28,806 bases of DNA from Nitrososphaerales archaeon (GTDB taxonomy: Archaea > Thermoproteota > Nitrososphaeria > Nitrososphaerales > Gagatemarchaeaceae), in the NCBI GenBank assembly GCA_035625575.1, contig DASPPF010000087.1:1-28806 (forward strand). Direction: 5' to 3'. Below are positions 17,071 to 25,331 of this stretch, one piece after another (position 1 is the first letter of the stretch; each line of letters begins with the position of its first letter). The notes beneath the pieces were generated by a model that was given only the letters and a program-made list of their open reading frames with translations, was not told where the DNA came from and did not search any database. The position numbers and the translations under genes are program-made.

Positions 17071-18150
17071 GTTGAGGACGGCGACAAGGTCGCGGTCTCT
17101 CCATTCCCTGCAGACATCGCACCACAGCTGGCGATAGTGTTCGCTATCACTTGGGAACGCCGATTGGAGTCTCTCCCCGCATTTCGGACAATCCATCGTG
17201 GTGCCTCTCGTCTGACCTGTGGTGAGTGTAATCACGGGCACGCCTTCCCATGCAGCCTTGTACTCTACCATTTGCCTCAAATCATCGAACTGCCACGCAT
17301 TCATCTTTCCTCTGAATTGCCGTCCCTGCCCGTTGCCTTTTCTGTAGAGCCTTCTGATTCCCTCGATTTCTTCGAAAACTATCACTTGTCTTTTGACCTT
17401 GGCATTTTGAACGATGTCTTTGCTGACCCGATGAAGAATCTGTCTAACTCGCTCGACCCTTCTCTTCCCGTACTTCAGCGAGACCCGTTTGTTGATTCTC
17501 GCATCATTTCTCCGTAGTGATTTGAGAACGCTTCGGGTATTCTCGGTAATCTCCACCACCTTGGAGAGGTCATAATAGGTCACCTGCTTTGCATTCCCGA
17601 CGGTAACATTCTTGAGGTTCCTGTCGACGCCTACCGCGTTTGTAAGGTCTTCCGCCTTCATCCCGTGGACCTCCTTCGAAATGGAGAGTGACAGAGATCC
17701 TTCAGTTAAGCTAAATGAGCGAACTGTGAGCGCTGGGTCAGACAAGACTTCGAGTGTATGGGCGTTCAGGCGAATGAATTCCTTGACGCGCTTCCCAGCG
17801 GGAATCACCAGGTGGTCATTCACGATTTTGAAGCCATAACATGAGACTAACACATGGCGTGACACGAAGGGGTCCTTAGTTATACGACCTCGTCTAGCCG
17901 ACTTCTTTCGTGATGAAAGGATTCCAGCCGCCCTGGAGATGGCGGACAACTTGTAGCAACTCGGAACTTCATAGCCTCGGAGCTCATTATAGGTAAGGAG
18001 AGAAAGGCGCTTGAGAGTCGAGACATCGTCGCGAAGTCCAATTCTGATACAGTGGTTGGTCATCTCGCGGAAGCTTTCCATAAGGTGGAGAACGAAACGA
18101 CTCGGTTGGTAGCTCTGCGTAACTGACTTCCTTGCCAGCACGGCGAAGGA
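16918..18150 (-). mobile_element. tnpB-only IS200/IS605-related (IS1341-like) element or domesticated derivative; ends inferred
   Basis: Segment visibly more AT-rich than the flanking host genes, lying between eIF5A and htrA. No tnpA. Right end inferred at ...GACAGAAC (16918); left end not defined. Confidence 0.55.
16924..18141 (-). CDS. tnpB: TnpB / Cas12f-like RNA-guided endonuclease (405 aa)
   Basis: RuvC-I VGVDRN, RuvC-II IVFEEI, W.F..L...VEYKA.WEG, Zn finger CPKCG...CDVC, RuvC-III DRDLVAVLNI. GTG (or CTG) start. Confidence 0.93.
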   Translation of the reverse strand: MLARKSVTQSYQPSRFVLHLMESFREMTNHCIRIGLRDDVSTLKRLSLLTYNELRGYEVPSCYKLSAISRAAGILSSRKKSARRGRITKDPFVSRHVLVSCYGFKIVNDHLVIPAGKRVKEFIRLNAHTLEVLSDPALTVRSFSLTEGSLSLSISKEVHGMKAEDLTNAVGVDRNLKNVTVGNAKQVTYYDLSKVVEITENTRSVLKSLRRNDARINKRVSLKYGKRRVERVRQILHRVSKDIVQNAKVKRQVIVFEEIEGIRRLYRKGNGQGRQFRGKMNAWQFDDLRQMVEYKAAWEGVPVITLTTGQTRGTTMDCPKCGERLQSAFPSDSEHYRQLWCDVCREWRDRDLVAVLNISRRGWVRFAQSKGGAGEAVKGNPEHEGESVILRVDASKPGSRTRPMT

Positions 18151-18161
18151 GTCGAACTAAC

Positions 18162-18168
18162 TATTTAA
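18162..18168 (-). promoter_or_regulatory. Probable TATA box for tnpB
   Basis: TTAAATA on the minus strand, 20 nt before the GTG. The same heptamer precedes the tRNA-Ala gene. Confidence 0.55.
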
Positions 18169-18200
18169 CAGCCAACAGCATAAGACTCGCAAACTCGGGC

Positions 18201-18611
18201 CTAGCTTCCGCCCTTCACCCGCATGATCTTGTTCTTACCCATCATCGACCAGTACTCTACCTCGGTCCCTGGTCCTATCGGCGCACCGAGCTCTGCCATC
18301 TCCTCAGCAGTCGGCTTGGGCGTCTCGAAGACTTCGAAGGTCGCGAGGTCCATCACTTGGACCGAGTTGTCCATCACGGATGTCACCTGCCCGGACCGTT
18401 TGTCGATCATGGGAATGTCCACCCTCGATTCCGCCTGGGAGACGTAGCTCTTCTTCGATCCGGTAAACAGTGATATCGCGACGAGCCTGACCTTTGCGCT
18501 GCCGTGCTTCCCAGGTTTGAAGTGGTCACGGCTAACCACCTTGCAGGGCTCGCCGTCTATGATGATGTAGCTGCCCTCTTTGACGCTGCCTAGGTCTGCC
18601 GGTCTGCTCAA
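18201..18611 (-). CDS. eif5a: Translation factor aIF5A/eIF5A
   Basis: KEGSYIIIDGEPCKV, hypusine loop KPGKHGSAK, VDIPMIDK. TTG start. Confidence 0.97.
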   Translation of the reverse strand: MSRPADLGSVKEGSYIIIDGEPCKVVSRDHFKPGKHGSAKVRLVAISLFTGSKKSYVSQAESRVDIPMIDKRSGQVTSVMDNSVQVMDLATFEVFETPKPTAEEMAELGAPIGPGTEVEYWSMMGKNKIMRVKGGS

Positions 18612-18758
18612 GAGAAGCCGCCCCGTGCTTCCCGATGCAAACTAAATAAATGTCTCACTCGCCAACCCGGAACGCACGGAAAAGTCAATGAATTCGAGCG
18701 AACCTTCGAGGCGCCTCGGGCGCGCCACCATCCGCTGAATGGCCGATGATGTCTCTAC

Positions 18759-19253
18759 TTGTCTGAACCCTCCTACGTCCTCGACTCCACCGCCTTCTAC
18801 GCGGGGATACCATACCAGGGGAGCGGCCGCTACTACACCACGTACCTGGTGCTGGAGGAGGTCAAGCACCACAGCGTCGGGTCTTCGCTGATACACACGC
18901 GGGTCCAGGTGACCGAACCATCGCAGGAGTCCCTGAACAAAGTGAAGTCGACGGCGACCAAGACGGGCGACATCGGCGCTCTCTCACAGACGGACATCTC
19001 CCTTCTGGGGCTGGCCCTCGACCTGTCCCGGCAGGACGGCGGCGTTCGGCTGATCTCGGACGATTTCGCTGTGAGGAACGTGGCCGAGGTGCTCTCGATT
19101 CCGCTCGCGGAGACCTCGATGAAGGGCGGGGAATGGAAGAACCTGGCCTGGAAGCTCTTCTGCAAGGGATGCGGCAAGCAGTACACCAACCCGAAGCTCG
19201 TCGAGTGCCCGGTCTGCGGGACCCGCCTCGTCCGAAAAGCCATCACTATGTGA
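18759..19253 (+). CDS. nob1: Nob1-like PIN-domain rRNA endonuclease with Zn ribbon
   Basis: YVLDSTAF, V.EE, LSQTDISLLGLA, SDDFAVRNVA, C-terminal CKGCGK...CPVCG. TTG start. Confidence 0.92.
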   Translation: MSEPSYVLDSTAFYAGIPYQGSGRYYTTYLVLEEVKHHSVGSSLIHTRVQVTEPSQESLNKVKSTATKTGDIGALSQTDISLLGLALDLSRQDGGVRLISDDFAVRNVAEVLSIPLAETSMKGGEWKNLAWKLFCKGCGKQYTNPKLVECPVCGTRLVRKAITM

Positions 19254-19312
19254 AAGCAATACTCCCGAGGTAAGCCACGCTTTACTAACTTGGTAGCGAA
19301 ATACTACTAAGC

Positions 19313-19320
19313 TTATATAT
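19313..19320 (+). promoter_or_regulatory. TATA box of tfb
   Basis: TTATATAT about 31 nt upstream of the TTG at 19352, in the most AT-rich intergenic stretch of the window. Confidence 0.65.
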
Positions 19321-19351
19321 CCATGATTACATATGTTATATTCGAACCAAG

Positions 19352-20314
19352 TTGAAACCAATTAGAACGTCCGCCCTGCAGGTTTCCGGCAGGTGCCCGA
19401 ACTGCGGCAAGAGGACCCTCGTCGAGGACTCGACCTCGGGCGAGCTGTCCTGCAGCAACTGCGGTTACGTCGTCAGCGAGAAGAGCGTGGACCAGGGACC
19501 GGAGTGGCGCAGCTTCTCCGAGGACTCGGCCGACCGCATCAGGACCGGCGCGCCGATAACGATAACGCGCAAGGACATGGGGCTCTCGACCGTCATAGGC
19601 AGCTCGAACTCGGACGCTTCAGGCAGGTCGTTGGCCGCTCCCATGAGGAGCACCATCGACAGGCTGCGGAAGTGGGACAGCCGCGCCCCGGCTCACGGCT
19701 CGAGCGAGAGGAACCTCGCGCAGGCCATGGTCGAGCTCGAGAAGATGGGCGACAAGCTGGTCATCTCTCAGGCAATCAAGGAGAGGGCGGCATACATCTA
19801 CAGGAAGGCGCTCGAAAGGGGGCTGCTCAGGGGCAGGTCGATCACCGGAATAGCCGCGGCCGCTCTCTACGCCGCCTTCAGGGACACCGAGACGCCCAGG
19901 ACCATAAGAGACGTGGCGGCGGTCAGCAACCTCACGAGGAAGGCCATCGCGCGTGACTACAGAATACTGGTCAAGGAGATGGACCTCAGCATGCCGGTGG
20001 CAGACGCGGCCAAGAACGTCCACAGGATTGGCTCCAAGGTGGGCATGTCCGAGAGGACGATCAGGCGAGCCATCGACATAGTGAGGATGACAGAGGAGAG
20101 AGAGATTTCGGCGGGCAAGGCCCCAATGGGCTTGGCTGCGAGCTCGCTCTACCTGGCGGGCCTACTCGAAGGAGAGGTCAAGACCCAGAAGGAGATCGCA
20201 CAGGCGGCCAGCGTCACCGAGGTCACGGTAAGGAACAGGTACAAGGGGCTCAGGGCGGACCTGGGGAAGGAGCTCGGTCTCGACGAGAACGCCCCAGAGA
20301 TAGCCGCAGCCTAG
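19352..20314 (+). CDS. tfb: Transcription initiation factor IIB (TFB)
   Basis: Zn ribbon CPNCG...CSNCG, B-reader DQGPEWRSF, SERNL..A, two cyclin repeats (RGRS, GKAPMGLAA), HTH TQKEIAQAASVTEVTVRNRYK. Confidence 0.98.
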   Translation: MKPIRTSALQVSGRCPNCGKRTLVEDSTSGELSCSNCGYVVSEKSVDQGPEWRSFSEDSADRIRTGAPITITRKDMGLSTVIGSSNSDASGRSLAAPMRSTIDRLRKWDSRAPAHGSSERNLAQAMVELEKMGDKLVISQAIKERAAYIYRKALERGLLRGRSITGIAAAALYAAFRDTETPRTIRDVAAVSNLTRKAIARDYRILVKEMDLSMPVADAAKNVHRIGSKVGMSERTIRRAIDIVRMTEEREISAGKAPMGLAASSLYLAGLLEGEVKTQKEIAQAASVTEVTVRNRYKGLRADLGKELGLDENAPEIAAA

Positions 20315-20315
20315 C

Positions 20316-21089
20316 CTACTCGATCAGCCTCTTCAGCATCAGAGCGGCGCATGCAATGAAGAAGACGGTGGCAATTAACAGGGCCGCCATATCCATCGGC
20401 AACCCCGAGTAGTCGCCGGTCAGCAGCATCGACCTCATGGCGTCGACGACGTAGCTAAGGGGGTTGTAGGCGGAGACGACTTGAAGCCACTTGGGCATTA
20501 GCGAGACTGGGTATATCGCGTTGCTCCCGAAGAAGAGGGGAATCGTTATCGCCTGTCCTATCCCCATCATCCTGTCTCTCGTCTTCAGGAACGAGGCCAG
20601 GGTCATCGAGAGGCTCGCGAAGCACATCGCGAAGAGCACGACCACGATGAAGACCCCTAGGACGTCGAGGGGGTCAAACCGGAGGTTGACTCCGATGATC
20701 AGGGCGAGAGCGAATATCATTATGCCCTGGAAGATGCCCCTGACGCCGGCGGAGAGCGCCTTGCCGACCACGACGGAGAGTCGTGGCGAGGGCGTGGAGA
20801 GCATCTTCGTGAGCAGACCCACGTCTCTCTCCCAGACGATGGTAATCCCGTAGAAGATCGCGACGAAGAGTACCGACTGGGCAAGGACGCCGGGCGCGAT
20901 GTACTGCATGTAGCTGTACCCCCCGGGAGCCAGACCCCTTATCGCGTTGAAGACCTCGCCGAATATCAGCAGCCACAGGGCAGGCTGCACGCACCTCATC
21001 CAAAGCTCTGTAGAGTCGTGGCGAATCTTCCTGGCTTCCATCTCGGCGATGGTCATGGCACTGGAAGCCACCCGTTCGACGTTGTTCAT
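20316..21089 (-). CDS. ABC-2 type exporter permease
   Basis: About 6 TM, YIAPGVLAQ, ERDVGLL, PLFFGSNAIYP...PKWLQ....NPLSY.VDAMR. ATGA overlap with the ATPase. Confidence 0.93.
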   Translation of the reverse strand: MNNVERVASSAMTIAEMEARKIRHDSTELWMRCVQPALWLLIFGEVFNAIRGLAPGGYSYMQYIAPGVLAQSVLFVAIFYGITIVWERDVGLLTKMLSTPSPRLSVVVGKALSAGVRGIFQGIMIFALALIIGVNLRFDPLDVLGVFIVVVLFAMCFASLSMTLASFLKTRDRMMGIGQAITIPLFFGSNAIYPVSLMPKWLQVVSAYNPLSYVVDAMRSMLLTGDYSGLPMDMAALLIATVFFIACAALMLKRLIE

Positions 21090-22069
21090 CTGGCGTGCCT
21101 CGCTATGCTGCGCCTGGAGGAGCGTGCCTCTCGGAACCCGACGTCCTTGTGGAGAGGTGCCTTGGCATACTTCATGAATACGTCGTCTAGGGTCGGCCTG
21201 CTCAAGGAGACGGACTCGACGACGAAGCCCCTGTCTTCGAGGTAGTCCGTTAAGCGGGGGATGGCCCTCTCGCCGTCAACAGTCAGAACCTTGAGGACCC
21301 CGTCTTCCAAGCTGACCACGGAACCGAGTGCGGTCGGCAGCTCTGCGCCTCCGCTTCCGCTCACCTTCACGGTCAACACGTCTCCTCCGACCGACTTCTT
21401 GAGCTCTCCCGGGGCGCCGACGATTGCAAACTTCCCGAGGTTCATTATTGCGAGCCTGTGGCACAGTTCGTCCGCCTCGCTCATGTCGTGCGTCGTCACG
21501 AATATGGTCGTCCCGAACTCTCTGTTGAGTTCCTTGATCTGGTCAATGACCTGCCTCCTCGAGTAAGGGTCCAGTCCGATGCTCGGCTCGTCCAAGAAGA
21601 GCAACCTCGGGCGGTTGACCAAGGCCTGCGCGATCTCCAGGCGCCTCATCATCCCTCCAGAGTAGTGCTTTACGAGGTCGTTGGCCCTGTCTGCGAGCCC
21701 GAAGTACTCAAGGGCCCCCTGTATCCGCTCCTTCCGCTGTTGGTGGTCGACAAAGAAGAGCTTGGCAAAGATGAGCAGGTTCTCGTAGCCGGTGAGGTCG
21801 CCGTCAACGGAAATCGCCTGCGGCACGAAGCCAAGCAGCTGCCTCACCTCCTGAGGGGAGCGGAGGGCGTCCACTCCGAAGACCTTGATCTCACCGGCGG
21901 TGGGCTTCGCCAGTGTCGTGATCATCTTGATCGTGGTCGTCTTTCCCGCGCCGTTCGGTCCGAGCAGGCCGAAGATCTCGCCTTCGTCCACCGAGAAGCT
22001 GATGTCGTCTACGGCCTTCGTCCCGTCCGAGTAGACTTTGGTCAGCGAGCTGGCTTCTATGGCCTTCAT
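21086..22069 (-). CDS. ABC transporter ATP-binding protein (DrrA-like)
   Basis: Walker A GPNGAGKT, signature YSGGM, Walker B LLFLDEP, TTH, C-terminal PTLDDVF. Confidence 0.96.
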   Translation of the reverse strand: MKAIEASSLTKVYSDGTKAVDDISFSVDEGEIFGLLGPNGAGKTTTIKMITTLAKPTAGEIKVFGVDALRSPQEVRQLLGFVPQAISVDGDLTGYENLLIFAKLFFVDHQQRKERIQGALEYFGLADRANDLVKHYSGGMMRRLEIAQALVNRPRLLFLDEPSIGLDPYSRRQVIDQIKELNREFGTTIFVTTHDMSEADELCHRLAIMNLGKFAIVGAPGELKKSVGGDVLTVKVSGSGGAELPTALGSVVSLEDGVLKVLTVDGERAIPRLTDYLEDRGFVVESVSLSRPTLDDVFMKYAKAPLHKDVGFREARSSRRSIARHAR

Positions 22070-22143
22070 TGCCTGTTCGGGAGGTCATCGCGCAGGCCGA
22101 ATTTAAAGAGAATAGCGGGCAACCGACTTGCTGGATGTTAAGA

Positions 22144-22216
22144 TGGACCGGGGGGGAATTGAACCCCCGACCTTCCGCGTGCGAGGCGGACGTTCGTACC
22201 GCTGAACTACCGGCCC
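22144..22216 (-). tRNA. tRNA-Ala (anticodon CGC), intronless, CCA not encoded
   Basis: GGGCCGG/CCGGUCC acceptor stem with G3:U70, D stem GUUC/GAAC, anticodon stem UCCGC/GCGGA with loop CU-CGC-AC, T arm GGGGG-UUCAAUU-CCCCC, discriminator A. 73 nt. Confidence 0.97.
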
Positions 22217-22239
22217 CATTGCCGTTCCGAGCTCTGGTG

Positions 22240-22246
22240 TATTTAA
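22240..22246 (-). promoter_or_regulatory. TATA box of tRNA-Ala
   Basis: TTAAATA on the minus strand, about 24 nt upstream of tRNA position 1. Confidence 0.65.
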
Positions 22247-22298
22247 CGGAGTCATAGGAGGTTCCAACGCTTAACTACGCTGGACGGAACTCGACGTC

Positions 22299-22817
22299 GT
22301 GGCCACCGACAGACGCTTCACGAGGTTCTCCAGAACAAGCGCACCTCCTAGGATAAGCGAGATACCTGACGGAGGATTCTGTATCTCTGCCTTTGTTGTC
22401 TTGAACAAGAAAGGAAAACCCAACGAAGTCCTCCTGGGGAAGTTGGACACAAAGGCGGACTGGGAGCACGTCGGCGGCTTGGGCAGGGAAAGGGCGGAGA
22501 CCAACAGCAAGGGTTGGATGCTTCCTGGCTGCCAGCTGCTGTACGGCGAATCACCTCAGGATGCTGCCGCGCGGATTCTCGCCGAAATGCTCGGGATGCC
22601 TGACCAGAAGCTGGAGGGACCGGCGGTCTTCTCCGAGGTCTACGGGCCGGCGAGCCACTGGGACCTCGAATTCATCTTCACTGGCGAGAGGGACGGAGCA
22701 AAGCCCCACCCCGCCTGGAGGGAACTCAGGTTCCTGGACACCACCAAGCTCCAGCAGGCCGACTTTGCCAGGTCGCACGAGGACATACTTGCTCACGTCG
22801 GCAAGTGGAAGGGCTAA
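22299..22817 (+). CDS. Nudix-fold protein with degenerate Nudix box
   Basis: VLL.K, W.LPG-x5-GES..DAAARILAEMLG, H.DI at the C-terminus. GTG start. Confidence 0.8.
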   Translation: MATDRRFTRFSRTSAPPRISEIPDGGFCISAFVVLNKKGKPNEVLLGKLDTKADWEHVGGLGRERAETNSKGWMLPGCQLLYGESPQDAAARILAEMLGMPDQKLEGPAVFSEVYGPASHWDLEFIFTGERDGAKPHPAWRELRFLDTTKLQQADFARSHEDILAHVGKWKG

Positions 22818-22883
22818 CGCGCGAGACTGGGCAATTTCGGCGGAACCCTTTTGAGATAACGGGATTCGGTCGACCAGCGGAAA

Positions 22884-24104
22884 TTGGACCACCTCGACCT
22901 CGACGACAGGCTCTTCTGGCTCGCGAGCGAGGACGAGATCAAGAAGGGAGAGACGACCGACGAGTATTTCCTCCACACGAAGGAGGTGCTCCGCAGGAAC
23001 CTCGTCAACTCCAGGGTCGTCATGGAGGTGTACGCCCGGGATGTGCCCTATCCCCAGAACTGGGGCGTAGTCACCGGAATCTACGAGGTGGCGAAGCTGC
23101 TCGAGGGGCTGCCCGTCAACGCCTGGGCGTTCGACGAGGGGGCGGTCTTCGTGGCCGACGCCTCGACCGCGCTCTATGAGCCTCTGATGGTTATCGAAGG
23201 GAAGTACTCGGACTTCGCAGAGTACGAGACGGCTCTGCTGGGGCTCCTCACGTCGTCCACGAGCGTGTCGACCCGGGCCGCGAGGTTCAGGATCGCAGCG
23301 GGGAAGAAGCTGCTCTTCAGCTTCGGCACGCGAAGGGTTCACCCAGCCCTCGCTCCTCTGATCGAAAGAGCCTGCTACATCGCCGGGTTCGACGGCGTCT
23401 CGAACGTATTGGGCGCGAAGCTGCTGAGGATCATAGGCTCGGGCACGATGCCGCACGCACTCATTCAGATTCTCGGAGACCAAGAGCGAGCATGGAAGAT
23501 GTTCGACAAGACGATTCCGCGTGGCGTGAAGAGAATCGCGCTGGTCGACACGTTCTGGGATGAGAAGACCGAGGCCGTGAGGGCGCTGCAGGTGCTGGGA
23601 CCGAGGCTCTGGGGCGTCCGCCTCGACACCCCGGCTTCGCGAAGGGGAGACTTTCGGAAGATAATCGAGGAGACGCGCTGGGAGCTAGACATACGCGGAG
23701 GAGGGAGTGTGAAGCTGATTGCGTCGGGCAGGCTCGATGAAGACACGGTCTCCAAGCTGGGCGATGTCGTCGACGGCTTCGGGGTCGGCACGGCGGTGGC
23801 ATACCCGCCCGTCATAGACCTCAGCGCGAAGATAGTGGAGGTGACCACCCGCGGAAGAAGGGAATTCCGCGCGAAGAGGGGCGGGCTGGGCGGAAGGAAG
23901 GCAGTATACAGGACCCACGGTTTCAGAGACCGGGTGGCTCTCGAGGGCTCTCCCAAGCGGCCGGGCTCCGTGGTGATGCTGAAGCCTCTGCTGGCGAACG
24001 GAAAGATCGTGAGAAGGTACGAGGGTATCGACGCCCTCAGGTCGAGAGTCGCGAGGGACCTCCGAGAGCTCGCGCGGTCTCAGCCATCGATTTCAAGCAG
24101 GTGA
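22884..24104 (+). CDS. pncB: Nicotinate phosphoribosyltransferase (archaeal/type II)
   Basis: TTDEYF..T, FGTRRVHP, GTMPHAL (phospho-His), LVDTF, GVRLDTP.SRRG, ASG.LDE, DGFGVGT. TTG start. Confidence 0.93.
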   Translation: MDHLDLDDRLFWLASEDEIKKGETTDEYFLHTKEVLRRNLVNSRVVMEVYARDVPYPQNWGVVTGIYEVAKLLEGLPVNAWAFDEGAVFVADASTALYEPLMVIEGKYSDFAEYETALLGLLTSSTSVSTRAARFRIAAGKKLLFSFGTRRVHPALAPLIERACYIAGFDGVSNVLGAKLLRIIGSGTMPHALIQILGDQERAWKMFDKTIPRGVKRIALVDTFWDEKTEAVRALQVLGPRLWGVRLDTPASRRGDFRKIIEETRWELDIRGGGSVKLIASGRLDEDTVSKLGDVVDGFGVGTAVAYPPVIDLSAKIVEVTTRGRREFRAKRGGLGGRKAVYRTHGFRDRVALEGSPKRPGSVVMLKPLLANGKIVRRYEGIDALRSRVARDLRELARSQPSISSR

Positions 24105-24108
24105 CCGA

Positions 24109-24696
24109 ATGCCCAAGGCAGCATTGGTCGTAGTCGATCTCCAGAACGACTTTTGCCCGGGCGGAGCGCTGGCCGTGGGGGGCGGAGACTCGGTAGTTCC
24201 CGGCCTCAACAAGGCGATTTCCGCCTTCCGGGCGTCCGGGCTCCCGTTGGTTTTCACCAGAGACTGGCATCCGAGGAATCACTGTTCGTTCAAGGAACAG
24301 GGGGGAGTCTGGCCGAAGCACTGCATCGCGCGAACGCCGGGAGCCAGATTCCACCCGAGACTGAAGGTTCCCAAGGGCTCGATCATAGTGAGCAAGGGAA
24401 CAAAGCCCAACCTCGAGGCCTACTCCGGCTTCCAGGGTACCAATCTAGACAGGCGGCTGAAGAGGCTCGGGGTGGACGAGCTCTTCGTCGGGGGCCTCGC
24501 AACGGACTACTGCGTCAAGCAGACGGCGCTCGACGCACTGGAAGCAGGCTTCGATGTGCACGTCATGAAGGACTGTATCAAGGGAGTCAATCTAAGGAAG
24601 GGCGACTCTGCGGCCGCCCTTCGACTGCTCGTCAGGCGGGGAGCGAAGCTCACGGATTCCTCAATCGCCATCAAGAAGAGTCGACGCGCAGCATAG
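24109..24696 (+). CDS. pncA: Nicotinamidase / pyrazinamidase
   Basis: VVDLQNDFCPGGAL, TRDWHP..H.SF, WP.HC, SKG, EAYSGF, GLATDYCV. Confidence 0.96.
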   Translation: MPKAALVVVDLQNDFCPGGALAVGGGDSVVPGLNKAISAFRASGLPLVFTRDWHPRNHCSFKEQGGVWPKHCIARTPGARFHPRLKVPKGSIIVSKGTKPNLEAYSGFQGTNLDRRLKRLGVDELFVGGLATDYCVKQTALDALEAGFDVHVMKDCIKGVNLRKGDSAAALRLLVRRGAKLTDSSIAIKKSRRAA

Positions 24697-24851
24697 GGTC
24701 ATCATCCTGACCTTGACGGCCAGTCCAGATCGCCCGTCGTAGCACGCTGCGCGTCAGACGTGAAAATAGCCCGCTCTCGTTATTTATTCGTTGTCGAACT
24801 GGCGTTCCCGAGTCACGCTTTTTAGTGGGAGGGTCGGTAAATCGGAGTCCC

Positions 24852-25292
24852 TTGGCCGAGGAGAACGATTTCGCCAGCTGGTACGACGCGGTAGCCGAGG
24901 ACCCAGAGTACTACACCAACACGGAAGAGGGGCAGAAGGAGCTGGCCGAGATGATAAGGAAGGAGTCGGAAAGGCTCCTCGAGCAGATTGGCAAGACGGT
25001 CAAGAGAACCAAGGAGATTATCTGGCTCTCTCGTTTCTGCAACGCCTGCGAGTACTTCAGAGGCGGACCCCGCATGCGGTGCGAGCGCTGGGACGTCAGG
25101 ATAGTCAAACCGTTCTACGGTAGGCCGATATGGACGAGGGTGCCTTCCAAGACGACGAGAGACGAGAAGGAGCTCGCCGTCGAAGGGATCAACTGGGACC
25201 TGAAGTGGCGGGAGATCTCCGACAAGGTCGTGGAGCAGGCAATCAATCACGTGAATGGCGGTTTTCCCTACTACTGCTACAAGGGAAAGTAG
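24852..25292 (+). CDS. Hypothetical protein with four cysteines
   Basis: Host-like codon usage. TTG at 24852 lies 28 nt after TTTTTA (alternative GTG 24825). Cx2Cx10C plus a C-terminal Cys. Confidence 0.75.
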   Translation: MAEENDFASWYDAVAEDPEYYTNTEEGQKELAEMIRKESERLLEQIGKTVKRTKEIIWLSRFCNACEYFRGGPRMRCERWDVRIVKPFYGRPIWTRVPSKTTRDEKELAVEGINWDLKWREISDKVVEQAINHVNGGFPYYCYKGK

Positions 25293-25331
25293 AGCCTGGT
25301 CTCTCCAGCGGCCGCTCCGCGGTCCGGAGGC

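Noticed and set aside
16776-18200. CRISPR array or cas1/cas2/cas4 next to the Cas12f-like gene
   Set aside because: No regularly spaced direct repeats or adaptation genes are seen anywhere in the window.
18685-18765. Box C/D-like words (ATGAA, CTGA, GATGATG, CTGA) upstream of nob1
   Set aside because: Spacing does not fit a ~55-nt archaeal C/D sRNA, and the last CTGA lies in the nob1 coding start.
5025-20318. Convergent genes with overlapping or abutting stops (gins51/tfs, methyltransferase/trmJ, dph6/htrA, tfb/permease)
   Set aside because: Common in compact archaeal genomes; no further signal.
22144-22216. tRNA-Ala as an integration site for an island
   Set aside because: No duplicate of the tRNA 3' end and no integrase found in the window; flanking genes have host-like composition.
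24697-24712. GGTCA-TCATCC-TGACC hairpin after pncA, containing a minus-strand ATGATGA (box C-like)
   Set aside because: 5-bp stem without a T-tract and no properly spaced D' or D box; insufficient for a terminator or sRNA call.
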